A DNA stretch of 64,000 nt, taken from NCBI GenBank assembly GCA_951406725.2, contig OX597815.1:66774001-66838000 (forward strand), given 5' to 3'. Positions within the stretch are counted from its first letter, which is position 1. The number at the start of each line of letters is the position of its first letter. Under the pieces are notes generated by a model. That model did no database searches. It was given only the letters and a program-made list of their open reading frames with translations, and was not told where the DNA came from. The DNA is from Octopus vulgaris (lineage: Eukaryota). Positions 49,466 to 62,085 of the stretch are shown here, piece by piece. A program made the position numbers and the translations under genes.

Positions 49466-49503
<38 letters not shown>
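49290..49503. repeat. (TA)n microsatellite
   Basis: Long TA array. Others lie at 14770-14890, 17788-17822, 46900-46985, 47266-47350, 51081-51162, 52503-52570, 57146-57185 and 57510-57586. Confidence 0.95.
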
Positions 49504-49504
<1 letters not shown>

Positions 49505-51079
49505 CATTTCGCCTCTTACATTAGCCAACATAATAGGAAGCTAATTGAGATTAGACATGGTGCCGAGCCCATTAAGAAATGTAATTGCAAAAACGAAAGC
49601 TCCTGTCCGTTAGAAGGGAAATGTCTAGTGAAAGGAGTAGTTTATAGAGCCAAGGTGCAAGTGGAAGGCTCATCGGAATACAAGACATACACAGGGGCTT
49701 CAGAAAATTCATTTAAAACAAGATTTTATTCTCATAAGAATTCTTTTAAATACCCAGAGAATAGAAAGAAAACCAGCCTAGCAAAATACGTCTGGGAACT
49801 AAAAGAAAAGGAAGCCCCACCTTTCAACGTGACATGGAGCATTCTGGACAGGGCGGCACCATACAGGCATGGAGCTTACAAATATAATTTCAAGTGCAGG
49901 CTTTGCTTATTAGAAAAAATGCACATATTATTCAAAGACAATAATTCTTTGAATCAAAGAAGTGAATTAATGAACTTATGTAGGCACGCGGCTAAATTTA
50001 AAATGTCGAATATAAATATACCATATGGATAGAGTATATATTTTGTATTTTGATTTTTTGATTTTGATTTTGACTCTTGAGCGCTACGACGGACCTATAG
50101 CAAAGTCTTATTGTTTCTACATATATATTAGGAAAAACCTACAAACTTTGTTTTCATGTTATTGTATTGCATAAGATTACCTTGATTATTTATATTACCT
50201 TGATTATTTATAAATGACCCAAAATAGGATGTTATATTTTATTTTATATGTCTTTCGTATATATTTTTATTAATGCACCCATTTTTTAAAAGCAATGTTG
50301 TCAAATTTAGAATGTTTATATAAGTTTGTGTATAGCAAAGCATATGTATTTGTAAGCATGCGTATCTGTGTATGTGTAAGTGAAAGTATGCTTGTGCTTA
50401 AGCACGCATACACACGACGGTAAGTATATGTATCAATTCAAACTTGTGTATGTATACTGGCCTCTATAGATGCCAATAATATCGCTACAAGTTTTTTCCC
50501 CACCCCTCCTTCGTTCCTTTTTCTCTCTTTCCCTTTCTTTCGTTCCCCCTCCTTGCTCAGTATATGAGAATTGCTACATAGATGAATTTTAGCTTGCGTG
50601 CGAGACGGTTTGCGTGAATATATGTACACATGCTTTTATGTGTATAATTTAGATTCATATTCATACGTCTGTATATGTATGTATGGCGTTTACGCGCATC
50701 CTTTTGTGTATGTTGATATATATATGTGGATTTTAATATAAATATGTATTGCAGTATTTATAACAGGTTTAATTTCTATGAATTAATTTGTACTGTCTTC
50801 ATTAACGGCAATAGGTTTTTTCCTCGGATTTTATAATTTTTATAAGTTTTTTTATATATATATACATATATTTTTGATCTTTTTGTTTATCGCTCGAAGA
50901 TTGACCGTTTTTTCTAAAGGGCCAATCAAACAAGTCCATTTCTTTTTAAAGGTGTAGCGTTTGTAAGAGTATAGATTGAATTAATATATATGTTCCATTC
51001 TAGCAAAAACTGTCTGATGAACGGCAACGAGAAACTCAGAGTAACAGATTTTGTTGAATTTTCTGCTGCTTAAAATAAA

Positions 51080-51080
<1 letters not shown>
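49504..51080 (+). mobile_element. Penelope-like element, 5'-truncated: C-terminal GIY-YIG endonuclease, long 3' region and hammerhead
   Basis: Uninterrupted frame to 50032: CNC-x5-CPLEGKC, GVVYRA...[50 protein letters not shown]. Bounded by (TA)n on both sides. Confidence 0.88.
51010..51047 (+). ncRNA. Minimal type-I hammerhead ribozyme motif
   Basis: CTGT CTGATGA a-CG-gcaa-CG-a GAA ACTC-a-GAGT A ACAG: stem I 4 bp, canonical core, GUA site at 51041-51043. Confidence 0.75.
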
Positions 51081-51166
<86 letters not shown>

Positions 51167-51488
51167 CATACACACATGCATACATTTATAAATATATATA
51201 TATATAAATGTATAGATTAAAGTAGTGAGGAAAGGAAAACAATTATGCAATGCAGGACAAACCTATTAGTTTGAGTCATCCTGTATATATATGTGTATAT
51301 GCACACACACACACACACAATGGTTAAAGCATGGGCGTCGTTGAAAAGCTGGCTTCTCAACCATGTGATCTCAGGTTCGATTCCACTGTGTAGCACATTG
51401 GACAAGTGTTTCCCCCTCTAGTCCTGGGCTGGCCAAAGCCTTGGAGTAGGTACATAGACATATAGATAGATAGATAAATAGACAGATG

Positions 51489-51522
<34 letters not shown>

Positions 51523-52490
51523 CAGGTAGATACATGCATGCATGCATTCATATATACATGCATCCATAAATCCATCCATCCATCCATACATACATACATG
51601 TATTCATATGGAGCGGTTATGTGAATGTGCATGTGTAAACATTCTTGCCTGCATGTGCAAATGGAGAAATTAATGATAGAAAAAAACAAATACTTCTAAA
51701 CTGCATAAGGCCTCAAGTCAGAAAGTTCAGATAGTAATGCTGTGAATGCCCAAAAGATAAGAGTTCAATATATATCAAAAGAAATATTTGTCCATCTTCA
51801 TGTTCTCAGTTCAAATACTGCTAAGTTTGACTTTGCCTTTCATCCTTTTGGAGTTGATAAAATAAGTAGCAGTTGAATACTGGGGTCAATGTTAATGACT
51901 TAGCCCTCCTCCAAAATTGCTGGCTTTGTGCCAAAATTTGAAACCAATATATTATATCAAGGAAGGGTGACTGATGTTATTGATTCTTAACTGTGAAAGA
52001 AGTAGCAGTTACTGAATAGCAAATAAATTGATGTTGTGTTAGAGTCAACAGTTGATCCTTAAAATGAAGGAAACTGGAAATGGTAACTGGAGTGATGCCA
52101 TGAAGACATTTATAAATCATTTACAGAATTCCAAATGATTTTTCTCATATCAATATATGTACATATATTGATTTCTTACATAGACTTAAGAAATGTGTTT
52201 GTTGGTTCATTTTTCATTAAAACCACCTCTCTCAGTACTACACTCCCATCAGTTGAGGAGTTTTGTCTTGCAAGTTACTTGGTGACCTCACTAGTGCTGG
52301 TGCTGCATAAAAAGCACTTGCTATATTCTGTAATGTGGTTGACATTTGAGAGGGCATCCAACTGCAGAAAGCATGCCAAAATAGATATCAAAGCTTAGCC
52401 AGTTGTCTGGTTTGTTAGCTTCTGTTGAACTGTCCAACCCATTCCAGCATGGAAAACTGATATTAAAGGATAATGACAACGATGCCATAC

Positions 52491-52572
<82 letters not shown>

Positions 52573-53083
52573 CAATATTTATAATTCTGAAATGAGAAAG
52601 TTTGTTTGTTTGTCTGGTTTGGGCATTGGAACGGGTTAAAGGCCACTAGATCCCGTCAGATTGACTCCAAAATTTACAGGGACATGTAAAATGAGGTGAG
52701 GATGTGAGTGGGCTAGGTTAGAAATCCCTATCTTAAAAGGTGTGGTTACTAGGGCAAAAAACGCACACTTTGACAAGTCTTCTCTCATTCTCTTATCTGC
52801 CTGTCTTCCTCCGTCTCTCTCTCTTTTCTCCCTTCCTTTCACTTTCTCTCTATAATGTCGTTTGACAGCATCTACTATCTTTTGCCAGCCTCCTTCACCA
52901 GTGCTGTCACTCTTTCTGCCACATCCTCTCTCTCTCTCTCTATGTCTGTCTGCATTCATAGAGAGAATTATTATCGCCACTACCACCACACAATCATGAG
53001 AACAAATATTATGAATCAGATATTTATTGGGTTAATTTATATGTGTGTGTGTATTCTATATATAAATATGTATATTTATACAT

Positions 53084-53445
53084 AGGCGCAGGAGTGGCTG
53101 TGTGGTAAGTAGCTTGCTAACCAACCACACGGTTGCGGGTTCAGTCCCACTGCGTGGCATCTTGGGCAAGTGTCTTCTGCTATAGCCTCGGGCCGACCAA
53201 TGCCTTGTGAGTGGATTTGGTAGACGGAAACTGGAAGAAGCCTGTCGTATATATGTATATATATGTATATGTGTGTGTGTTTGTGTGTCTGTGGTTGTCC
53301 CCCTAGCATTGCTTGACAACCGATGCTGGTGTGTTTAGGTCCCCGTCACTTAGCGGTTCGGCAAAAAGAGACCGATAGAATAAGTACTAAAGGTGGTGCT
53401 CCAGCATGGCCGCAGTCAAATGACTGAAACAAGTAAAAGAGAAAA
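53084..53445 (+). mobile_element. tRNA-derived SINE, young full-length copy
   Basis: gtggctgtgtggtaag (A-box), gggttcagtccc (B-box), cttgggcaagtgtcttct core, internal (TG)n and a gactgaaacaagtaaaaga tail. Partial relatives lie at 14570-14710, 28420-28515, 29455-29590, 45290-45430, 48440-48560, 51320-51450, 53495-53545, 55117-55295, 56533-56730, 58300-58440 and 62955-63040. Confidence 0.85.
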
Positions 53446-53740
53446 GAGAAAAAGAGATATATGATGTATTTTTTTTTTTTTTTTTTTTTTTTTGGTACTT
53501 GTTTCAGTCATTTGACTGCGGCCATGCTGGAGCACCGCCTTTAGAGTGGTGAAAGAGTACAGCAGGGATCACCACCTCCTGCCGGAGCCTCGTGGAGCTT
53601 TTAGGTGTTTTTTTCGCTCAATAAACACACACAACGCCCGGTCTGGGAATCGAAACCGCGATCCTCCGACCGCAAGTCCGCTGCCCTAACCACTGGGCCA
53701 TTGCGCCTCCACATGTATATATACAAAGTATATATATCTG

Positions 53741-53779
<39 letters not shown>

Positions 53780-53999
53780 AGGTTTGGAGATGATGTACAG
53801 GTATTTTATATTAGAAGAAATGAAGTACTCAGAAAATCGGATGGTTTATATTTACAGATATTTATTTGTATATTACAATTTTTATATACATCATATAACT
53901 TAGATCATGTATTAGTGCTTTCTCCCATTCTAGTGGGGTTTTCAAATCAAACTAAGTTCCTGTGTGAAAAGTTTTGACCATTTTATAGTGGTATTGAGT

Positions 54000-54330
54000 T
54001 TGTAGTGATGGGGAGGAATATAAGACAGTACAAGAGGTGATTGATGAGGAGAAAGTGAGAGAGAGAGCATGCTGATTTAATTTAAATTTGAGATTCCAGC
54101 AAAAGAAGAAATAAAGTTATCTTTATTTCTATTCCAAAGAAAAACGATTTTATTCACTTTATCGATCGCATTCTCACCTGGAATCGACTGTTGTAATTTT
54201 TTCAAGACTTATACATGCCCCAATACCGTCGGTTGCTACATATCAAATTTGAGCGCAATCGGATGGAGGATGCCCGAGATCCTAGAAGACACACACACAG
54301 ACAGACAGAACGGATTTTACATAATAGATA
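54000..54330 (-). mobile_element. Helitron/Helentron-type non-autonomous fragment
   Basis: The reverse strand starts TCTATTATGTAAAATCCGTTCTGTCTGTCTG, with a ccgattgcgctcaaatttg core. Confidence 0.5.
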
Positions 54331-54902
54331 TATTCTTTTATTCTTTTATTATTTTATTTGTTTCAATTATTTGACTGTAGCCATGCTGGAGCACCACCTT
54401 TAGTCAAACAAATCGAGCCCATGAATTATATATATATATCTAACATCCAGGGATCGTGGTGTAGGAAGAAAGTTTGTTTCAAGCAATCTGTAGCAAATAT
54501 AAAAAACAACTTTCTGGGACAATAGTGGCTTATTGAGATGTAAGGTTGTGGATTTTTTTTTTTCATATCAAAGTATGATAAACTGAAAAAAAGTTCTTTT
54601 TATATTTCACAGAAGGCAACCAGGGTTGCCAGGTATGCAAATAAGAATACATGAGTTAAGGAATGGAGTAGATAAGATCTGGGCTACATATGTTTCATAG
54701 TGAGCAGAATCTCGGAAGTGGTAATTATCCAAGTGAGATGTATACCACAGGCTCCTCTTCAGGCCAAGGATATCTTGATTAAATGAAAGTTTACATTGTT
54801 GCAAGGAGGTACATATTTACATGTATGTATGTGACCGCGTGTGTACCATTGGCGATTTTTTTTTCCTCCGTCTTCCCTTCTCTGGATTTTTCCTTTTCCT
54901 AT

Positions 54903-54937
54903 GTTTCTGACGAAGAGCTCCGCTCGAAACGTTAAAC
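54903..54937 (+). ncRNA. Minimal type-I hammerhead ribozyme motif
   Basis: GTTT CTGACGA A GAGC-tcc-GCTC GAA ACGT T AAAC; inside a CpG-retaining element (~54830-55050) ending at (TA)n. Confidence 0.72.
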
Positions 54938-55046
54938 CCTCCTTCTTCCCTTCCTTCCTGAGCGTCCAATAATACTATATTTGTTCCACGTCCTCTTGTT
55001 GTGTTTTCTCTTTGTGTTTTCATGTTTGGATTAACTTTTTGGATTA

Positions 55047-55108
<62 letters not shown>

Positions 55109-56906
55109 TGTCCCCACAACATCGTTTGACAACCGATGCTGGTGTGTTTACGTCCCCGTAATATAGCGGTTCGGCAAAAGAGACCGATAGAATAAGTACT
55201 AGGCTTACAAAGAATAAGTCCTGGGGTCGATTTGCTCGACTAAAGACGGTGCTCCAGCATGGCCACAGTCACATTACTGAAACAAGTAAAAGAGTATATA
55301 TATATTTATGAGAGAGAGGGAGAGAGAGAGAGAGAGAGAAGATCTACATAGTTTTGTCTCAATGAATTCTACATTATTTGGGAGAGTGTGCATGGATACA
55401 CACATTATATATTACATAAATCTGCCGCTATCCTATATAGCTACCGGCAACATAAGCTACTGCTGCCATATCATCTCGCCCTATAACTCCCTAAAACAGA
55501 CGAATAATGTCACTGTTGTTAAAGGGGCTAAGTTAGACACCATTCATTTTCATTCAGGCACAAGGGATCTTTATCGATCCACAATAGTTTGAGTTGCGTT
55601 GCGGTAATTCGAAAGATGAAGAGAGATGAAAATAGTAAATGGTAATAACGGGAGTGGTTCGAGCGGGAGTTGAAGCGGTGATTGCGATGAAGAGAGGAAA
55701 GAAGTTGAACTATTGAAGAATAGCTGAGAAAATTTATATTATTCGTTCTGTCGTTCTAATACCAGCATTCTCTGTAAGGGTTACTTCACACTACATTGCC
55801 AGAGTGTATTCCCTTCCATCCTAATCTTATTCTATCTGAAATTGCTTGGCAACGGCGATCGAATTAGACAGGAACTGGAAAACGCCATAATTACTGAACC
55901 TGGTTACATACATAGATACACACACAGACACACACACATATACACATACACTGATGGATACATACAAATTCAAACATGCTCACACAAACACACACGCACG
56001 CACACATTCACATGCACATACAAATGTACAAACTGACGATATACTCACACACGCACATACAAGCACACGCACACAAACTCACATACACGCACAGACGTAC
56101 ACATAGACACACATACAAACATGCACACGCACACACGAGGAACCGATGAGGTAGACACAAACACACATATACGCACCGCGATCGTGGATGTTGCGATTAC
56201 ATTAAATTCTATAGAAATAAAATTCATGTGTATGTATATATAAATGTATGTGTGTGTATATATATTTACATATACCAAATAAAGTAATGGAGATATTGAT
56301 GTAACATTTATATAACCAGATTCTTTATTTGTTTTATGTTAAACGTTACGATTGATTAAAGTTCCCGGATTTTCAGTTTGTGTGATATACTTCGGATATG
56401 CTGGATTGTTTTTCTCTTCTATACATCCTGTTAGCTGAGACTTAACATGGTGCTGACTGAGGTAATTGCCTGAATTCTGCTAATCCTCTTTTACGTAATG
56501 TGTGTGTATAGCCTATAAATATAGGCTATACATTTCAATCATTAGACTGCGGCCATGCTGGGGTACCGCCTTGAAACATTTTAGTCGAACGAATCATCCC
56601 CAGTAGTTATTATGTTTTTGTGGTGTCTGATACTTATTCTATCAGTATCTTTTACCAAACCGCTAAGTTACGAGGCCGTAAATACACCAACACCGGTTGT
56701 CAGGCAGTGGTGGGGGACAAACACACAGATATACATACATATAATATATATATATATATGGAGGTTATGAGAGGTAATGGTGTCAATAAGACCCAAAGTT
56801 GTTAGGTAATGCTGAGTAAGTGCTATGGACAGACTATAGTAAAGCTCCAGGTTCGGTGATTATGCGAATGACGTAGATCATATATCAGCATGTGTATATA
56901 TAAAAA

Positions 56907-57143
56907 AATTAACAGAATGAGATAAAAATCCAAGGCTGTGAAAGATTTCAGAACATTTATAAATAGGTCTTACAGCTGTTTCCATGATATTTTATATATC
57001 CCTTCATCGGAGACGGTGTGAGAAAATGGTTAAACAATAGTTACTCTAGATAAGATATGAAATAGAGAGTGAAGTGGAGGAATGAAAACAGACATGAGAT
57101 ATATAGGGATATTGTATCTGTAGTTCCATTATTTAGACAGAAT

Positions 57144-57187
<44 letters not shown>

Positions 57188-57503
57188 ATTCCTGTACCTT
57201 GTGAGTAAATACTATTAAATACTGCTGGAACTTACTCACAAGGTACAGGAATCTTATATATATACCATTCTGCCTAAATAATGGAACTACAAATACATAT
57301 CCCTGCATATCTCATGTCTATTTTCATTCCTCCACTTCACTCTCTATTTCATATCTTATCTAGAATAATTATTGCTTAACCATTTTCTCACACCGTCTCC
57401 AATGAAGGGATATATAAAATATCACGGAAACAGCTGTAAGACCTCTTTATAAATAGTCTGAAATCTTTCACAGCCTTGGATTTTTATCTCATTCTGTTAA
57501 TTT
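56907..57503. mobile_element. ~600-bp fold-back element with two opposed hammerhead motifs
   Basis: Arms 56907-57150 / 57258-57503 plus inner arms 57181-57208 / 57232-57260. Motifs at 56967-57014 (-, CCGATGA) and 57395-57442 (+, CCAATGA), each with GAAACAGCTGTA. Confidence 0.85.
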
Positions 57504-57506
57504 ATA

Positions 57507-57588
<82 letters not shown>

Positions 57589-57760
57589 TTATAAAATGAG
57601 ATAGGGGTTGAAAATTCAACCCACCATGGGATAATATATATCCAATATACTGCCAGATAGGTACCCAACAAGATTAATACATAGATGTTAAAAATTGTCA
57701 AACAATCAGTTCATCTATTGTATTATATGGGTAAAGGTAATAATATTACCGTAAATTAAT

Positions 57761-58270
57761 ACTACAAAATTAGAGAATGGAGAAACATACTTAAATCAAT
57801 AAAACATCAACTATCCGATGATACCCAATCAATACTTTAATACACCATTACATATGAGTAAAGGCATTATACAAAATGAGATATACAGTAATAGTAAAAA
57901 GATAAAGAGATATAAGTAAAAAATTTCAAATATAATATGCAATTAAATCAAAACTGACAGCTGTTTCGGCAGTGAGGGCAGTCATACCTCATTTAACCTA
58001 TAAGCCATAAAGGCATGCCTTTATGGCTTATAGGTTAAATGAGGTATGACTGCCCTCACTGCCGAAACAGCTGTCAGTTTTGATTTAATTGCATATTATA
58101 TTTGAAATTTTTTACTTATATCTCTTTATCTTTTTACTATTACTGTATATCTCATTTTGTATAATGCCTTTACTCATATGTAATGGTGTATTAAAGTATT
58201 GATTGGGTATCATCGGATAGTTGATGTTTTATTGATTTAAGTATGTTTCTCCATTCTCTAATTTTGTAGT
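57761..58270. repeat. Perfect spacer-less palindrome, 2 x 255 bp
   Basis: Centre aggca|tgcct at 58015/58016; the arms were compared by eye and no mismatch was seen. Confidence 0.95.
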
Positions 58271-58301
<31 letters not shown>

Positions 58302-58441
58302 GATGGATCTTTAATTTTCCATCTACCAAATCCACTTAGAAGGTTTTGTTTGGCCTGAGGCTATAGAAGATATTTGCTTAAGGTACCAGACAGTAGGACT
58401 GACCCTGAAAGCAGACTTCTCACCACACAGCCACACCAGCG

Positions 58442-58477
<36 letters not shown>

Positions 58478-58514
58478 AATAAATAAGTATGTATGTGTTT
58501 ATATATATACATAT

Positions 58515-59699
58515 ACATTGAGTTATCCCTTAAATAATGTGGTTGTTTTATACTTCTTTTATTCCTTTATTTTTTTAAATTAAGATAAACAAAGTTCTTT
58601 TTTAATCTAAAATATATTCTCCTTCAATTTCTACAATGCTCTTCCATCTATCTAGCAGACTTGCAAAGCCACTCTTCCAAAATTCACTTGTCCGTGATGA
58701 AAAATACGCCTCCTGTACTGTTCTGACCTCGTCTACAGAATTCATATTTTTCTGTCCAAATGATTTTGAAAACTGTGGAATAAATGATAATCAGATGGAA
58801 CAATGTCCAGCAAATATAGTGGGTGGTGTATCGTTTGCCATTGAAATCGCTCCAGCCCTTGTTGTATGTGACAGAGCATTTTCCTGATGGAAGAACACCT
58901 TTTGTCTTGAAACCAAAGATGGTTGTTTTTATTCTTGTGCTAACTTAAGATAACAACACCTTACATAGGTGAAGACCTTCTTTAGCCCTGGGTGCTGGTG
59001 TTTCTCATTTCCCTACCCACTGTCTTTGGCACTCCACGTTTTTATAGAGAACCCATTTCTCATCACCAGTTACTATTCAGTCCCAAAAAAGTTCATTTGA
59101 AAGATGTAACAGCAAAGAAAAGCATACATTCACTCTCTGCACATGATTAGACTGGGAAAGTTTGTGAGAAACCCATTGACTCAATTTGCTGACTTTTCCA
59201 ATGGCATGCAGGTGTCAAGGAATGGTTGAATGACCAAATACAAGCTTCTCTGCTAGTACCTCAACAGTTACAATGGGATTTTTTTCCACCAGGGTTTGCA
59301 GGACAACCTCATCAAGCTCTACAGATCTTCCAGGACAAGGCTCATCTTCTAGGCTATAGTTTCTGGCTTGGAATTTCTGGAACCACCATTGATACTGGCT
59401 TACACTTATTGTCCAATAACCATATACTGCATTAATATTTCTTGCACTTCACATTGCATTGTTGTCCTTATTGAACTCATAAAACAAAATATGCGGAATA
59501 TGCTCCTTTGTCATTTCTATTATTGCTTTGAAAAAATAACTGTTAAAATCGAACCGCACTCTTCAAAACTTGCACTAAAAATAGTTTAAGATAAAACTAC
59601 TACTTGCTTTTATACCAAGTTGATGCAGGTAGTTTATCCTGTCACCCTCCAACTTTTAGTTCATGCAATTGAAAAAATCGCATTATTTAATGACCCAGT
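58515..59699 (-). mobile_element. Mariner (Tc1/mariner) transposon fossil
   Basis: N-terminal HILFYEFNK...WWFQKF...SLEDEPCPGRS, IVTGDEKWVLYKN, DIVPSDYHLFHSFQNHL and C-terminal LLDRWKSIVEIEGEYI. Degenerate TIRs (..taaataatgtggtt / aatcgcattatttaa) in TA context. Confidence 0.9.
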
Positions 59700-61770
59700 G
59701 TGTGTGTATATGTATGTATGTATATATATGTATACATAAGTTGAGAGTAACTTTGAAGTACTGCTGATTGTTGGCTTCATCAGATTATAAAGCCAACCAG
59801 CAAAACTTTGAAGTTACTATCTCCCATTTCCTTGTAAAAATAAATATAATTGTTTACTTTAATATATTGAGAGAGTCTTCAATTAATATTTGGCATTTTT
59901 ATATATGAAAACCGACACATGTATGGATGTGTATGAACACACACGCACACATACACACACAAATACACACATATAATATATATAAATAATAATAATAATC
60001 ACCGTCATCATCCCCATTTAACTTCTATTTATCATGCTGGCATGGGTTGGATGCTTTGAAACATGTTGGTAAGCCAGAGAATAGTACCAAGTTCCACTCT
60101 CTACTTTGCATGGTTTCTATGGTTGGATGCCCTTTCTAGTGCCAACCACTTTACAGAGTGTACTGAGTGTTCTTTTTTCATGGCATTAGCACCAATGAGA
60201 TCAACTAATTTGTAAGACAAGATGCCTCAAATGAAGCATCTTATTTTAGACACTTCAAATGAGGTGGGGAGGGGCTCATATATAATAATGTATGTGTGTG
60301 TGTGTGTGTGTTGGTACTTAGCATCTGAAAACCACATCAGCCCTGTAACAAACAATGGCTACAACATACCAAGTGATCTTTGCCTACATTTCAGTGAAGC
60401 ACTATATTGACATATTCAGTGTGGTTGTTAAAAGTAAAGGAAAATTCCATACAGTTTCATGCCAAATGATGGTTATAAATTGACATGTGTGGGAAATACA
60501 AACCAGAGACAGAAAGGAGAATGAGCACTTGCAGAGGGCGGCAGAAAGTCTTGGTAAACTGTCAATCATGCCACTTCATCCTCATGTTAAAAGACTACTT
60601 CATCAAACATGAAGACTAACATTTTCTTCTCCTGCCAAACATACATTCTCATGTACAACCTCCTGGTTTTCATTATTACAGTCTTTAGCAAGTAATCTTT
60701 GTAATGTTGATATGGAAATAAAAATAAAGGAGAGTGAGCTTGCAGAATTGTAAACATGCCAAAATGCTGCTAAGCATTTTGTCTGTCTTTACATTCCGAC
60801 TTCACATTCCACTGAGGTCAACTTTGCCTTTTATCTTTCATCCTTTTGGAGTTGATAGAGTAAGTAGCAGTTGAGCATTGGGACTGATGTAATTGATTTA
60901 TCCTCACCCCTGAAATTGCTGGCCTTTTACCAAAATTTGAAACCAATATGGAAACAAATATGATTCATTAAAACTGAATATTGTGGTTGGTTTTAAATGG
61001 AAAAGGACAAATACATCCTGAACAAATTCCCAGTTTCTAGCTAACCGAGCCACACACACACACACACACACACACACATCCACACACACACACACCACAC
61101 ACACACACACACACATGCGCGCACAAACACACACACACATGCGCGCACAAACACACACATCTGCTTCCCCGCCCCTTCTTCTGTATCCTTCTATCTACCC
61201 TGAAACCCTTCAACCATAACCATTTTGGCAGTTTGCCTCTTCACCCCTCATTCACTTTCCCATGCAATCCTGCAGACCACCCAACCACCCACCACCCACT
61301 CATTTCTTCTCAGCTTGTCCCTTGTTATGCCACCTGGACATTTTATCTTCATTATCTCTTGCAGCTCTTACTGATCATTTTCTCTTTCTCTCTCCTCATT
61401 TCCCCTACTCAATGTGAATAGCCATGCAGATCCCTCTGTAGGAACCTGATCTACTCCCTTCTCCTCTCTATAGTAATTCCCCTTATCCCTAAGCATGAAG
61501 CTGACCCACTCCACCTCCCCCAGGGCTTGTAGTCCTGTGAACTGCATGATGATCTCAATTGTGCAGGTGGCATGTAAAAAGCAGTGAGTCCATGCTGTAA
61601 AGTGGATGACATTAGAAAGGGCATCCAGCCGTGACAAAAAAAGGCATTGGAGCTGGATGCAATCTTTGGACACATCAGATCCTATCAAACTATCCAACAC
61701 ATACCAGCATGGAACATAGACATTAAATAAGAATGAGATATATATATTTATACACACACACACACACACA

Positions 61771-62085
61771 TTACAAATGTCACTGTGACTAGGGTTTTTG
61801 AAAACACCTACATTGCTAGAAATAAAAGCTAAACCACTCTAATGCTGTAGGTAACGCACATGAATGTAAACATATACACTAACAGGGACCGTAATTGTCC
61901 AAAAAGTGCTGATTGAGATTTCTTAATACTGATGCATCAATTTCTGCACTTTTTGGATGCTTATGGTTCCTGTTTGTGTATGTTTTCATTCATGTGCATT
62001 AACTACAGTATTAGAGCAGTTTAGTTCATCTTTCTAACAATGCAGGTGTTACTAACATTTTAGTTGCATTTAGTCACATTTGTAA
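61771..62085. repeat. Old imperfect inverted repeat (~135-bp arms)
   Basis: ttacaaatgt...aacacctacattgctagaa...tccaaaaagtgc versus gcactttttgga...ttctaacaatgcaggtgtt...acatttgtaa. Confidence 0.75.

Noticed and set aside
49181-49503. N-terminal 108 aa of the 283-aa ORF
   Set aside because: Read-through of flank and (TA)n; only the part after ~49504 is GIY-YIG coding.
53630-53712. tRNA-like sequence on the - strand (also 48085-48150, 22655-22700)
   Set aside because: A/B boxes are present, but there is no proper acceptor stem and each continues into a SINE body, so these are SINE heads, not tRNA genes.
54612-54631. Possible 20-nt micro-exon (cacag|aaggcaaccagggttgccag|gtatgc)
   Set aside because: Splice-like signals only; no gene context to support it.
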